Part shown: positions 51,321-63,080 of the stretch, piece by piece
Numbering within the stretch: position 1 is the first letter of the stretch
Layout: each line of letters starts with the position of its first letter
NCBI GenBank assembly: GCA_964234715.1
Contig: OZ174277.1
From: Podarcis melisellensis
Taxonomy: Eukaryota
DNA length: 64,000 nucleotides
Reading direction: 5' to 3' (one strand)
Program-made: the position numbers and the translations under genes
Notes under the pieces: generated by a model
What the model was told of the DNA's origin: nothing
Seen by the model: only the letters and a program-made list of their open reading frames with translations
The model's database searches: none

Positions 51321-51456
51321 GGCGGAGTCCCTCGGGGCGGCGGCGGCTCCGGCTGGGGCTTCTTTCCCCGAGGCGGCGAGCGGGCGCTGCGGCTTCTCCT
51401 CCGGCTCCCTCGGGGCAGCTGCCTCAGGGTTCCTCCCGCGGGCGAAAGCGACGCAT

Positions 51457-51486
51457 CTCCTCCTCCTCCTCCTCCTCCTCCTCCTC
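51457..51486. repeat. (CCT)n / (GAG)n trinucleotide repeat in NR2E1 5' UTR
   Basis: About 10 CTC units. Confidence 0.9.
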
Positions 51487-53689
51487 GCCCGCCTCCCGCC
51501 TCCCCAAATCACTTTCCTCAGAGGACGGTCCTGCCGGGCAGAGAGAGGGGAAACTTTTCTTTTTTTGGCGGGAGGAGCTGACGGGGCGGCGGGGGAGTTT
51601 GGCTTCGCTCGCTCGCTGCTTCTTTTCCAAGGGAAGGGAGACGCCGGTGGCTCTTCAGAAGGAGGAGGAGAAGTTCGTCGTCGTCCCTCCGGAGGCTTCG
51701 AGGAAGGGGGCGGCGGCGCGGTGGGGCTGGCGGGAAGAAGGGGGGCTCGGCATGAAGAGCCCCACGGCGAGAGGAGGACGCCGGAGCTGCGCTGCGCGGC
51801 TCAGGGCGCCGAGGCAGAGATCCGAGGCGGGCAAATCATAAAAAGGAACCGGGGGTGGCGGTGGTGCGGGGGGGGGGGGGCAACGTCAGAAGAGGCAGGG
51901 TCTGGTTCTCAGAAAGTGAATGGCACCGAGCGGAGAGAGGAAAAAAGTGAAAGGTTTCCAGAAGTTCACCACACGGGCTGACTTTGTGCTTTGAGCCTCC
52001 AGCCTGAAGCGCCTATCATATCCCCCGGGAGCGCTGACAGGCAGCCCGCCGGGAGGGGGGAGGGGGCTCCTCTCGCCTCCGTCCCTCCTCTTCCTCCATC
52101 TCGCCCCCCCTCCCTCCAACCACCTTCACAGCGAGCCAGTTCTGGGCGATGTGCGTGACGTCAGCTGGAGGGAGGGAGGGGGTGTTAAATTCTAATGCTA
52201 TTAATGAACCTCCCAGCGGCTTCTGCACAGGAGTTTGGAAAAGGCGAGTCCGGAGCGTTTCTCTCCTTCTCTCTCTCGCTTCTTACCAGCCTTGGATGCA
52301 AACACAAACAAATAAATAATAAATACATATTTTTAAAAAGTTTTTTTTAATAGGGATCTCTTCTCCTACAATCCGATTTCTCTCTTTAGCGGCGTGGTTG
52401 ACTTGTTAATGGTCCACCAGCCTCCCTCGGGACTTTCTCCAAGGAAAGCGTCCCTCCCGGCCAGGCGGGGGCGCGCTCCAGAGTCCAGGGGGCGAGAGAT
52501 GGCCTGTACGCGAGGCTCCAGCCTCTTCGCCCAGGTTGGGGGGGAGCAAGGGAAGCGGCGATGGGGGGGGGGGGAAATTGCTTCTAACTCCCTCCACCTC
52601 ATTCCATTTTGCTCCCGATCCAGGCTTCCATCCTACGCGCACTCCCTTGAAGAAAGCCACTGTAGGAAACAGAAGTGGCTCTTTTTTTTTTGCTGCTGCT
52701 GCAGAAACGTGCATGGTGGATCGGGCCCCACCAGCTTCTGAAGCCTGGATGATGATGCTCAGGTGGTGGTGGTCCTGCGATTCCTCCTCGTCCTGAGTTT
52801 TGGGGCGGGAAAGTCCCCTCCCGGTGGGGCCTGCAATTCGCCCTGGGCCCCAGCGCCAAGGCAGCTCCTCCTGCGAGGTCTTCAGCGTTTGCTGCGCAGC
52901 CACGTGGGCGCTGCTGATGCTGTCGGCCTACAGGTTAAGGCTGTCGTAAGGACTGGCGAGTGATGGGAACACTCGAAAAATAATGGTCTCCCTTTAGTCA
53001 GGGCTGTGATTGGATCATCTGCCCGCCCTCGAAGTACTTCACTAAGTTACGCAGGATTCCTAAGGAACATGGAAAACTGAATCAGACCATTTGCAAGGGA
53101 CCTTTCATATGCCAAAAGCCAGTGCGCCCCCCCCCAGCCAATGGCTTCCCCGGCTGTTCTTCAGAGGCAGGCGTTCAAAGCAGAAGTGCATGCAGGTGTG
53201 TCTGGGCATCTGTCTATATACTTATGTGTGCATAGTTGGTTCCCAAGACTGAAGCACGATTATGTGAGAACGACTGTGATCTGGTTTGCCCAGCACAGCA
53301 TCCCCCTAGCTGGTGCTCTCCGGATGTTGCTCGACAACTCCCGTAAGATCTCTGACCATTGGCCGTGCTGGCTGGGGCTGATGGGAGTTGGAGTCCGGAT
53401 CATCTGGGCTGAGGGGCAACAGGTTGAAGGAGGCTGGCTTAGAATGATAGTGATGCTGCATGTCCAAAGATCTTCCAGTCTACACATGTCCTCTTGGAGA
53501 AATTACGCACCGCAAGCAATGCTCTCCCCCTCGCCCCCCACTTTACGACTATCAGGTCGCTGCAGTAGCCGAAGAAATGATTCTCCCACCCGCTAGAAAT
53601 GCTTCTTTCCTTCAAGCGGCCGACCCAGCAAATGGTGAACTGAGCCATCAGGACACAGCAGCAGGCAAAATCTCCCCAAGTGACTAGTC

Positions 53690-53826
53690 CAGGCATAGGC
53701 AAACTCCGGCCCTCCAGATGTTTGGGACTACAATTCCCATCATCCCTAGCTTAACAGGACTAGTGGTCGGGGATGATGGGAATTGTAGTCCCAAACATCT
53801 GAAGGGCCGAGGTTTGCCTACGCCTG
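53690..53826. mobile_element. Palindromic hAT-type MITE (young copy)
   Basis: CAGGCATAGGCAAACT...GGTTTGCCTACGCCTG; perfect 8-bp TSD GACTAGTC. Confidence 0.88.
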
Positions 53827-54521
53827 GACTAGTCCGTATGATCTGATGAAAGTTCCCCATCTCATCCCAACCTGGAACAAGCAGCCACTCCGAAACGCGG
53901 AGTCTTCGCTCTAAACAGGTGGCCTTAATCGCGCGTCCCTCCCCGAGCCCCCATCTCCTGCTATGGCTGAGTTCTAATGGTAGCCATCTCTGATATCCCA
54001 GGGGGAAGAGTTTATTCATCAAGACTGGATATCCCCACAGAACTGAACACCAACGGGCAACAGATCTGATCCCATTTCCGCAAACCACTGTACTTGAGAT
54101 TTATTTCATTTGGATGAGAAAGTTTTTTAATGTACTTTATGCAAACTTGGATATGTATCTCCTCTCTTTTATCTTTTGAACCCCGAAGGCTTATTATAAT
54201 GCAACCAAAGCGAATGGTTAAAACAATAGATTTAACAATCCATCGTAAGATACGCAATGAATTCTTATTCCAGAACACAAACCTTTCCTAGCAGGTAACC
54301 CCAGCGCCACCACGATTTCAGAAAACTTCATTGAACTAACACCAGCCTTTTAAAGGAAGCTCCTTATTTGGGATCCCGGGATCAAGCAATTCTGCAGGAT
54401 GCCCTCAGTCAGTAAGTGGAAGCTGTGGTCCCAATTCTGCCGCTTGATTCCACAGGGGACCAAAGTAGACCCTTCTGCTCAGAGGATGGGGGGCTGTTAC
54501 CCAGATCTGCAGCAGTCCCTC

Positions 54522-54525
<4 letters not shown>

Positions 54526-54567
<42 letters not shown>
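54526..54567. repeat. (AC)n microsatellite
   Basis: Seen directly. Confidence 0.97.
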
Positions 54568-54573
<6 letters not shown>

Positions 54574-55967
54574 CCCGGCTCGTCCTAAGTTGCCCCCCCA
54601 TCTTCTCAGCCCCCAAACGATAAAAAGGACCTAGTCAAAGAGAGCCATTATCCGAGCCCCTGATCTTTAAGAGATTACTAAACTCGAACTTTAAACCCAA
54701 TCAGAGGCTCTGTCAGTAGAACAAGAGCTTATTAACCTCTCCCAGGGAAGGGGGCTGCTTTGGGGGGCTTTACATCGCTTCGATAGGGGGGTGTCCGCGC
54801 GGAAAGGAGGAGGGGAGTCTGGAGAGAGACCCTCCCGTTCAATCCCATCAGTCGATGGGGGGATGTAAAGGGTTGGCGGCATTGTTTCGCGTGCATGTCA
54901 AGGGGATGTTTTTACCCCAGGCGCCGCAGATCTTGCTGCGGATCAGCAGTCAGCACGTTTAATTAAATCGGCTACAGTTCTCTAACGACATAACGAGGAG
55001 GGGAGATCCTTTGGCTGTGAGCCTCTTTGCGGAATTGGTCATGGTGTATTTATTGCTTTCGGATTTGCAGTAAATAATCCCTTTGCTTAAAAGAGGAAAT
55101 GATTTCTTTCTTTCTTTTAAAGAAGAGGGGGAAAGGAGAGATCAACTGCACAGGTGAGACGGCAGGTTATGTTTTGTTTCAGGCGCTTGCAGCAGCAAGC
55201 TTCTCCAGACTGCACGGCCTTGTTGTGGTCACCTCTGCTATGGGGCCACCAGAATCAACCCCCTAACAAAGCAAAAGGTTATCGGGAGGGATTCTGATTC
55301 AGGTGTATGAAGCCTTATGGAATCGCCCTGTGTCATCCGAGTCCACAAACCAACAGTCTGTTGCCTAGGTAGAGGAACACCACTTCTTGGGCTGGACCTT
55401 GCAATATGCAGGTAGAAATATGTCCTCTGCCAGCTATCTGGCCAATCCCTGTCTGCAGAGTTGAGGCCACCCTGACATGCAACAACATTCATCAATCAAA
55501 CATCCACGGAGTGGACTCCATGCACACAGAGTCATCATTGGATTGTTTTGACACCCCCCACCCCTTTCCACAATTATGGTTCTTTCTTACAGATTTTTTG
55601 GTACTTATGTGGAGTTTGGGTTTACTCTTTTGTGTGTGTGTGGTGGTTCCATATTGGTTACATTTGTGCAAGCAAATAAAGACTTGAACCAAAAACAGAG
55701 GGAATGAGAAACAAGCAATTCAGGATTATAATTGGTGATTCAAGTTTTGGTTGATTAGAATCCATCAGAATGATTAGAATGGATCCACAGACCTAAGCTT
55801 ATGTGCTCTTTGAGCTGCATGGAATTAAGACCAAACCAAATGTTACTCCCCAATCCATGGTACTATTGAAAATGGTAACTGCAGGTCCATGTTCCCTTTC
55901 AGCAGCATATGTAGAATTTCCCTCGAGTCCACAATTCCTTGCTTGGATCAGCAGTAGCTGTGAGATA

Positions 55968-56176
55968 CAGTGGTACCTCAGGTTACATACGCTTCAGGTT
56001 ACAGACTCTGCTAACCCAGAAATATTGCTTCAGGTTAAGAACTTTGCTTCAGGATGAGAACAGAAATTGTGCTCCGGCGGCATGGCAGCAGCAGGTGGCC
56101 CCATTAGCTAAAGTGGTGCTTCAGGTTAAGAACAGACCTCCGGAACGAATTAAGTACTTAACCCAAGGTACCACTG
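55968..56176. mobile_element. Tc1/mariner MITE, family A
   Basis: Same family, TA flanks. Confidence 0.85.
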
Positions 56177-58897
56177 TATTTACAATGCAGTAAAAAACCA
56201 ACCATGCATGTTTGCTGGATAGGCACATGAGAGGAGCAGAAGCTCAGAGTGCTGTAAATTTCCTAGAGAGGACCCAGAGAGACACTCCCACAGTGCCTTC
56301 TTAGGGGGAGGGACTATACATACATACATACATACAATCTCTTCACCTGGCTGGGCACTTCCTCTTTGCATTTCATCTCACCAATGTAAAAGCTCCATTA
56401 CTCAGACACCACTTTAAACTAGACTAAAGCATGTCTTTGTAACCTGATGATCATTTTAAGCCTGCCTGAATGAGGCTGCAGTATCTGTTACTCTTCAACA
56501 AGTATTCTGAGTGAGTAAATGTTATATTTACCGTCTACAAGACTGTGTGATGATTGCGTTAAGGGGAGAAAAGGGGAAATACCAGAATCCAGTCTGCACT
56601 AAAGCATCCTGGATCACTTAAACTAAAAGACTAAAACTAGACTATCAAAACTTCCTTATTTTAAGCTGCAAATAGATGCACTTTGCTGAACTCACAAACA
56701 TGAGGAAGGAAGGATAATATTGAATAAATATATCCTCTCCAAGTTTCTATACACATCCCTACAGCACCTGCAGGAAAAATGTCCTCATGTCAAGAGATAG
56801 GGAAAGTTCTGTGAGATATTATGGAGGGGAAAGGACGGGCCATTTTTGCGGCAGGATAACTTCTACTTTGGCCTCAAATTTCCATTGTAAGTACAGAATC
56901 CTTTTGGAACCCTACACCCATTCATTCATTCATTCTGTCGGACCAGACAGAAGCTTCTTGGGAAGTCGAGTCCAAAGAATCCAAAGTGTGCAGAAGTGAA
57001 TCCCAGGTGAGCTGAGCGGCCTGATAGCAGAGCAAGCATGAGGACCGATTGCAAAGCACTCGCTCTCTGTGAATGCATCTTCAAGGAGAGGCAAGGGGAG
57101 GAGTAATACCAGAGTCCAGGCTGCCTGCGCTAACAAAAGCTATCAGTCACCAAGCATTCTCCTGCTCCCTCCATTCAGAGATGAAGCAGTGCAGGCAATT
57201 CAGCCACAGTTCACTTGCAGCAATGAAACGCCCCATTAATCACATATATGCCTTCAGAAAAGGAAATGCCAGCCCTGGACTGGCTTGTCTGCCTCCATTG
57301 GTATCTGACCTGCCAGTACATCGGGAGACAAATTCCCTTCTAACAGGGGTCTGGATTGACTGGTTAATTCACTTCTTTGAGGAGTATATTTATTGATTCA
57401 ATGGGTGACTTCAGCCAAGGTTACTTCCAGAGAAAATGGACCTAGTGTGGGTAACAGCCTCACAGTGTTTGCTAAAAGAGGGGGAAGCCGTGCTTCACTT
57501 AGGCTGCTATCACCTTTTATTTCTTCTTTGTCCTGGCCCTGGCTCTCCGCCTTTGACAGCACAACAAGCTGACACACAGATATTATGCAGGTGAAGCTCT
57601 CTCTGCTCTCTGCACTGGCACAGGGACAAGGGCTGGGGGGGGACGACTAAAATCCTGCATGTCAGGCTGGTAAAGGCATGGCAAAAGACTGGGGGTAATT
57701 TTAGCTTCACTCAGTAGCACCTGCAGGCTAAGCAATATTTCTTTAACCTTTAAAATTTGGGCAAATTAACATTTGGGAGCATCCTCCAGCAACCCAGCTT
57801 TCAGCCAATTAATTGGTTGCAATATTACATCATCTCCCTAAGCATCAGGTTTCAAAGTTATTTAATAAATGCAATTTTAAATTGCTTCTGTTTGGCGCAA
57901 TAACCCACATGGCTAATACTCACTTATCAGGTCCGTGCAACTTTATTTAAAATATTCTCCTCTGTTCTTTCCATTATCGGTGGTCAGTAATGCTCACAAT
58001 ACTTACAATTGCCATCTGAAACAGCAGCCAATAATCAATTAAAACTTAGCTAATAGACCTACAACAATCAAAGCAGAAAAACACCCACAGCTTGTATGTA
58101 TGGTCATATACCAAAGAGCCAATGAATCAGCAGCCTTTATCCTCATGATATCACAGCTACTGTTAGATCAATGTTCCATCTTCATGGCACTGTTCTTTTA
58201 CTGTGGTGTTGAAATTCATGACCAATGAATATTTAAAACATTTTCTAATTCCTAAAAGTCATGTTATATGCTGACATTATGGGATCTACTAGAAGGGAAC
58301 GAGGTCCACTAACAAATATTTGTCTGTGATTGTTATCACCTGAATTCTTATTAACTCCCTCCAGGAAGGCTGTTACATAAACAACAGCTTCAGTATATTT
58401 GTGATCACAGAGAATCAAGTTCCGAAGACGATGCATGATGTGAAAACACTCTAAGCATACTAGGCGAGTATGACCCAAAATTCTATAAGGCAGTGATGTG
58501 CTTATAGAGTGCTCTGTATTTGTGATGCAGCAGAACTCTGCATGCACACCTGCTCAGCTTTCAGAAATGGAGAATACACTCTGTGGAAGATGGAAGATTC
58601 TGCATCCTATCAGCTGCACAGCATCTTTCCAGGGAAAAGAAGTCCTTGTTGCATATAGAAAATACCGTTTATTTGTTGAAGCCCTCACATATTCATCAGT
58701 GTCTGAAATTATGTAGAAGTTCCATTTAAATCCATATTCAGGATGTGGAATGAAGTGTACAATATTTCTCACTACTTAAAAAACTGGTGTAGGTATGTGA
58801 GAGAGAATGACGGAGGGAGACTACGAGAGTTCTGACCATGATCTATGGTGGCATGTATAATTTTACATTGTATGTTTAGCATACTCATTCAAAGAAC

Positions 58898-59046
58898 CAT
58901 AGAAATGTAGAGTTGGAAGGAACCCCAGGAGGCATCTAGTCCAACCCCTTGCAATACAGGAATCCTGCCCACAGCCTTCCCTGGGTGGGCTTGAACCACC
59001 AACCTTCTGATTAATGGCCAGAGGCACTGATTCATTGCAGCACAGG
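58898..59046 (-). mobile_element. SINE with tRNA-Asn-like head and CR1 tail
   Basis: Reverse strand ...GAAGGTTGGTGGTTCAAGCCCACCCAGGGA...GGGTTGGACTAGATG...TTCCAACTCTACATTTCTATG. Confidence 0.7.
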
Positions 59047-59274
59047 TATATGAGCAGAGGTTGTACTGGTATTATAACAGATCATAGCACAATTTGACAT
59101 GGTAAACACATGGGTAAAGCACACATGAGATTCTAATTTATTTGCTTTAACAAGAATGCCAATGAACCAGAGTTATGGGAGGAGCATGGTGTGAAGTCAT
59201 AATATCTATTAAGCAACTGCAAGGCGTCACGGCAAAGAGGTATGTGTTGTCATAAGCACTTTTCATTCTAGGTA

Positions 59275-59495
59275 CAGTGGTACCTCGGGTTACATATGCT
59301 TCAGGTTACAGTCTCTGCTAACCCAGAAATAGTGCTTCAGGTTAAGAACTTTGCTTCAGGATGAAATTGTGCTCTGGCGGCACGGCAGCAGCAGGAGGCC
59401 CCATTAGCGAAAGTGAAAGTTCTCAGGTTAAGAACAGTTTCAGGTTAAGAACAGACCTCTGGAATGAATTAAGTACTTAACCCGAGGTACCACTG
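59275..59495. mobile_element. Tc1/mariner MITE, family A
   Basis: TIRs CAGTGGTACCTCGGGTTA / TAACCCGAGGTACCACTG; TA flanks. Confidence 0.85.
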
Positions 59496-61625
59496 TATAA
59501 TGGTTCATTTGTGAAGGATTATCATCATGCAGTGAAACAATATTTTGAAACCAAAATATGATTGCAAATGCACCAAGAAGATTAGTGGGGAATCCCACTA
59601 GTACTTAACCATTTCCCCCTGTTTGTTTAAATACAGTTGCATTTAAGGCTGTTAACAGCAAGTGGTTTGAACTAGTGAATACTTGTTAAAGGCCACCTGG
59701 GGTTTTGCTCTGTATGAGACTAAAGGAACAAATCACCTCATGGATAAACAACAGGTCCTTGCCTTTCTGTTTTGTCTTTTCTGCATACGTGAAAGAAATA
59801 TGCTCAACAATATGTAACCAAGGTGCCTCCTTCTTCACTAGAGGGAGGAAATGAGCTGAGCCAACACAGTCAGCAGCAAGGACCTCAACAGAAAAGGCAC
59901 CACGAGCTCAAACACCACAGTGGATTTCATTTAGGAATAAAAAAATCCAAAACGAAAATCCGCCATCTAAAACACTCTTCTGGCTAGCGTAACAAACAAC
60001 TTAAGACAGATAAAGTGAGATGTCAAACAATTAAAGCCACAAAGCCAGCATCATAACTAAAAGCAGATCAAAATTAAAAGATCTCTAAGTCCAATTTAAA
60101 AACTAGTATAGGAAGAGACAGATGGATATCTCTCAGGAGAGAGTTTGCAAACACAAATTTACCCCCACTTGCTATTCACACATCGTACACAGTGTGCACA
60201 TGTTGAAACTGAGTAACCCCTGACTTATTCACAGCCCACCTTTCCTGCACACTCAACTATTCTGACAGCCTGACTCTCTGAAACCAGGTTATAGGAGGCA
60301 TCAGAATTTTGAAGCTTGACACCTTTCAATTTTTTATATGACAGATCAGAAGCTTTCCATTAAATTCCAGTAGCTACAAGTTTGTGAAAAGTTGTGATAC
60401 TTGCTATGTAAGTGATTTCTTTACGTCTTGACCACATTTTGTGATCTTAAAAGTTTGCTTCTCAGAAAGATGACATAGACGCTAAGAGTCAGGAAACGCT
60501 CAACGTACAAACGGGACCAACCAGTAAAACATCTGCTTCATTTAGATGGGAAATCTGTGCACTGGGGTCTTGGAATAACTCTTTCTGTTGGGCAGTGGTG
60601 GTGGGGACTCATGTAAAGGCATAATTTTATATTTGGGGTGGGTGGTGAGAAGCAATTTTTGTAGTGGGGCACAAGATTCACTGTAATGCCCAAAGGCATT
60701 GCTAGACTAAATTGCAGTCAATCAATCATAATGAATTTTAAGAACATTTGTTGTGGTCACTACTTATACTTCACAATAACCACAGATACACGTGAGAAAG
60801 AATCACATGTATCCTTAAGGCAGGAAGTATCAAGCCGTACAGCACTCTTTGAGATCTGCAGTTGGGAAATATTTTTATTAGGACCAACCAAACAACCTTC
60901 AGAGAGCACCAGGAAGCCATTCAAGCCAATGCCACTTCTCCACTGATCATTTGAAACCTTTCACGCCTTTATCTGGTTTTGGAGACTGTCTTAATCTCTT
61001 CCCTTCAAATGTGAGATCTCCGAGACTCGCTTTAAAATATATGAATGTTAAGCATATTTTCTACCAGACTTTTCATTTGTATAAGTCTTTGAGGCACAAA
61101 GTACAATCGCTCCCAGTTCCTCCTTTGTGGGTGGGGGAAGAGATTTGTAAAATATCTTTTTGTTCTGAAAGGAAAGAACTAGAAGTCACCCTAAAACAAC
61201 TGATCTCTCTCTGTGGCCTATTCTCACAATGATAAACCTGTGTATAATTTCAGATTGCAGTTGGAATTTCACTGAACTGAATGTTCCTCTGTATGATTAT
61301 AAAAACATTCTTGCACATAGAGAGCAACTAGGTCAGGGAGAAGGCTGGGAGAAGCACCTTCTCTCTGAAATTTAGCTTTTCTGTATGAAAATGATTTGTT
61401 GTTTGTTTGTTTTTGTGTTGAAGAGCATATAAGCACCTGAGTCCCTACTTGTCATTTCAAGTACTAGGTCTCTACCATGCCCTTCTGTTGCATCTTACAT
61501 TAAGTGACTTATAGCTCACAGATCTCGATATCTTTCTGCTAGCCTATGTGCATGTGTTCAGGTACGTGCTGTTCTGTATGAGCTACAAAGCTTACCAAAT
61601 GGATGCTCCCACTTTCACTCCACTG

Positions 61626-61785
61626 TTGTTGTTGTTGTTTAGTCATGTCTGACTCTTTGTGACCTCATGGACCAGAGCACGCCAGGCACTCCTGTCTTCC
61701 TCTGCCTCCCGCAGTTTGGTCAAACTCATGTTAGTAGGTTCGAGAACACTGTTCAGCCATCATATCCTCTGTTGTCCCCTTCTCC
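61626..61785 (-). mobile_element. BovB/RTE LINE 3' end, 5'-truncated
   Basis: Reverse strand GGAGAAGGGGACAACAGAGGAT...GCCTGGCGTGCTCTGGTCCATGAGGTCACAAAGAGTCAGACATGACT followed by a (CAA)n tail. Confidence 0.85.
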
Positions 61786-62995
61786 ACTGTGGCGAGTTAT
61801 AGATTTTGCAAGTTTTGCTCCGTAATTCCTGCTGGGAACAAACAAGTTGCTGTATTCAGTGGCAATAGTAAAACAACAAGTCTCAAAAACATAGCAAAGG
61901 TCTATTTTCAGTTTTTCTTGTGCTGGGCAGACTCTCCTTAGCTGCATCAAGTTATGCATAAATGCCACCACCATGTCTGGTGTACAGTCTTGGAGGAACC
62001 TGTTTGGATCATTCTTATTGACCTCTTAGGGAAGCATTTGGAGGCTGCCAAATCTGCCTGGCCTAATGCAATGCTATGTAGTAATCATGACAATGACATG
62101 TAAAAGACTCTAAACCTACCCCCTTCCCGGCTTTAAGAAGTCAAAGCAGCTGTACAAAGAAGCTTGCTTGCTACATCTGTCTTGAGATGAACAGAGCCGC
62201 CTCATCTATCCCACCAATCCCATTTTTAACACTACCTCAGACCATGGGCTCTTCTTAGCCTACTGCACCTGCCCAGACTAGGCCTACAAAGAGATAGAGA
62301 GAGAGGTGCATCTTATAAAAATAATAATTATGTGGCATTTCTTTCCTTTTTCTTTCCCTTTAAAGGTTGCTTCTGACAAATCTATCTATTTGGGGCAAAT
62401 TGTCAGTGAGAAACTTCCGCTCGAACTCTTTGGGACAAAACTGGCTCTTTGAAAGGATAAATCCCATTGCATGAAGGCCCGAACAATGGCCAAATGTGTT
62501 GCTGTTGCCTTTGCTGCCACTGCTACTGCTGGGGCTGGGCCTCTGACAAAGGGCGGATTAATTGGTGCCGTGGCTGACTGGTTCGAGATGGCTCCACTCA
62601 GAGTGCGCTGCGGGGAGCCCCATTGACTGGGCCCCGAGTCCCACTTTTCACAAACTCCAAACAAAAGTCAATTTCTTTCTTATAAGGCAGGGGAGAAAGA
62701 GAGAGAGGGAGAGGGAGAGAGAGAGAAAATCACTTGGTGTTTGAGCTGGGGAAGGTGACTTGTTGGATTAGAGGACGTCATGCTCTCCCTGGCTGTCTCT
62801 CTCATGCTTTAATGTTATGTCTCCAAGAACACAAAAGTTAAAAGAGTGAGAGAGAGAGAGAGCAAAAGCAACTCATCTATTTCGATGAATATGTGACTTT
62901 CTCTCTGTTGTGCAAGTTAAATCTGGCATCCCATCTGAAGACTACTATAGTGAAAACAACAGCATGAAGCTGGTAGTGTGTGTGTGCATTAACAG

Positions 62996-63080
62996 TGTGC
63001 AATCCTATACATGTATACTCAGAAGTAAGTCCTATTGAGGTTGGTGGATTGCTCCCAAGTAAGTGTCATAGGACTGCAGC
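62996..63080. repeat. About 90-bp palindromic lizard repeat (GCAATCCTA...TAGGATTGC type)
   Basis: GTGCAATCCTATACATG...AGTAAGTCC...CATAGGACTGCAGC; decayed copies at about 36745-36845, 43640-43722 and 45065-45165. Confidence 0.6.

Larger units (their letters stand above)
50900..52950. promoter_or_regulatory. NR2E1 promoter / 5' UTR CpG island
   Basis: Very high GC and CpG content; full CRE TGACGTCA at 52156-52163 overlapping E-box CAGCTG at 52162-52167; boundaries approximate. Confidence 0.85.

Noticed and set aside
51004-51981. 325-aa plus-strand ORF antisense to NR2E1 exon 1
   Set aside because: GTG start, low-complexity G/P/R/A content, poly-Leu from the CCT repeat and no recognisable domain; expected from stop-poor CpG-island DNA.
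56930-57136. LLEDA motif in a minus-strand ORF
   Set aside because: Upstream of exon 1 and only five residues; cannot be exon 6.
58975-59046. tRNA-Asn gene
   Set aside because: Degenerate acceptor, D and anticodon arms, fused to a CR1 tail; it is a SINE head.
3072-59495. All five family-A MITEs share one orientation; internal repeats look array-like
   Set aside because: One-in-sixteen chance is not significant. The repeats are MITE subterminal units, not CRISPR, and the DNA is eukaryotic.
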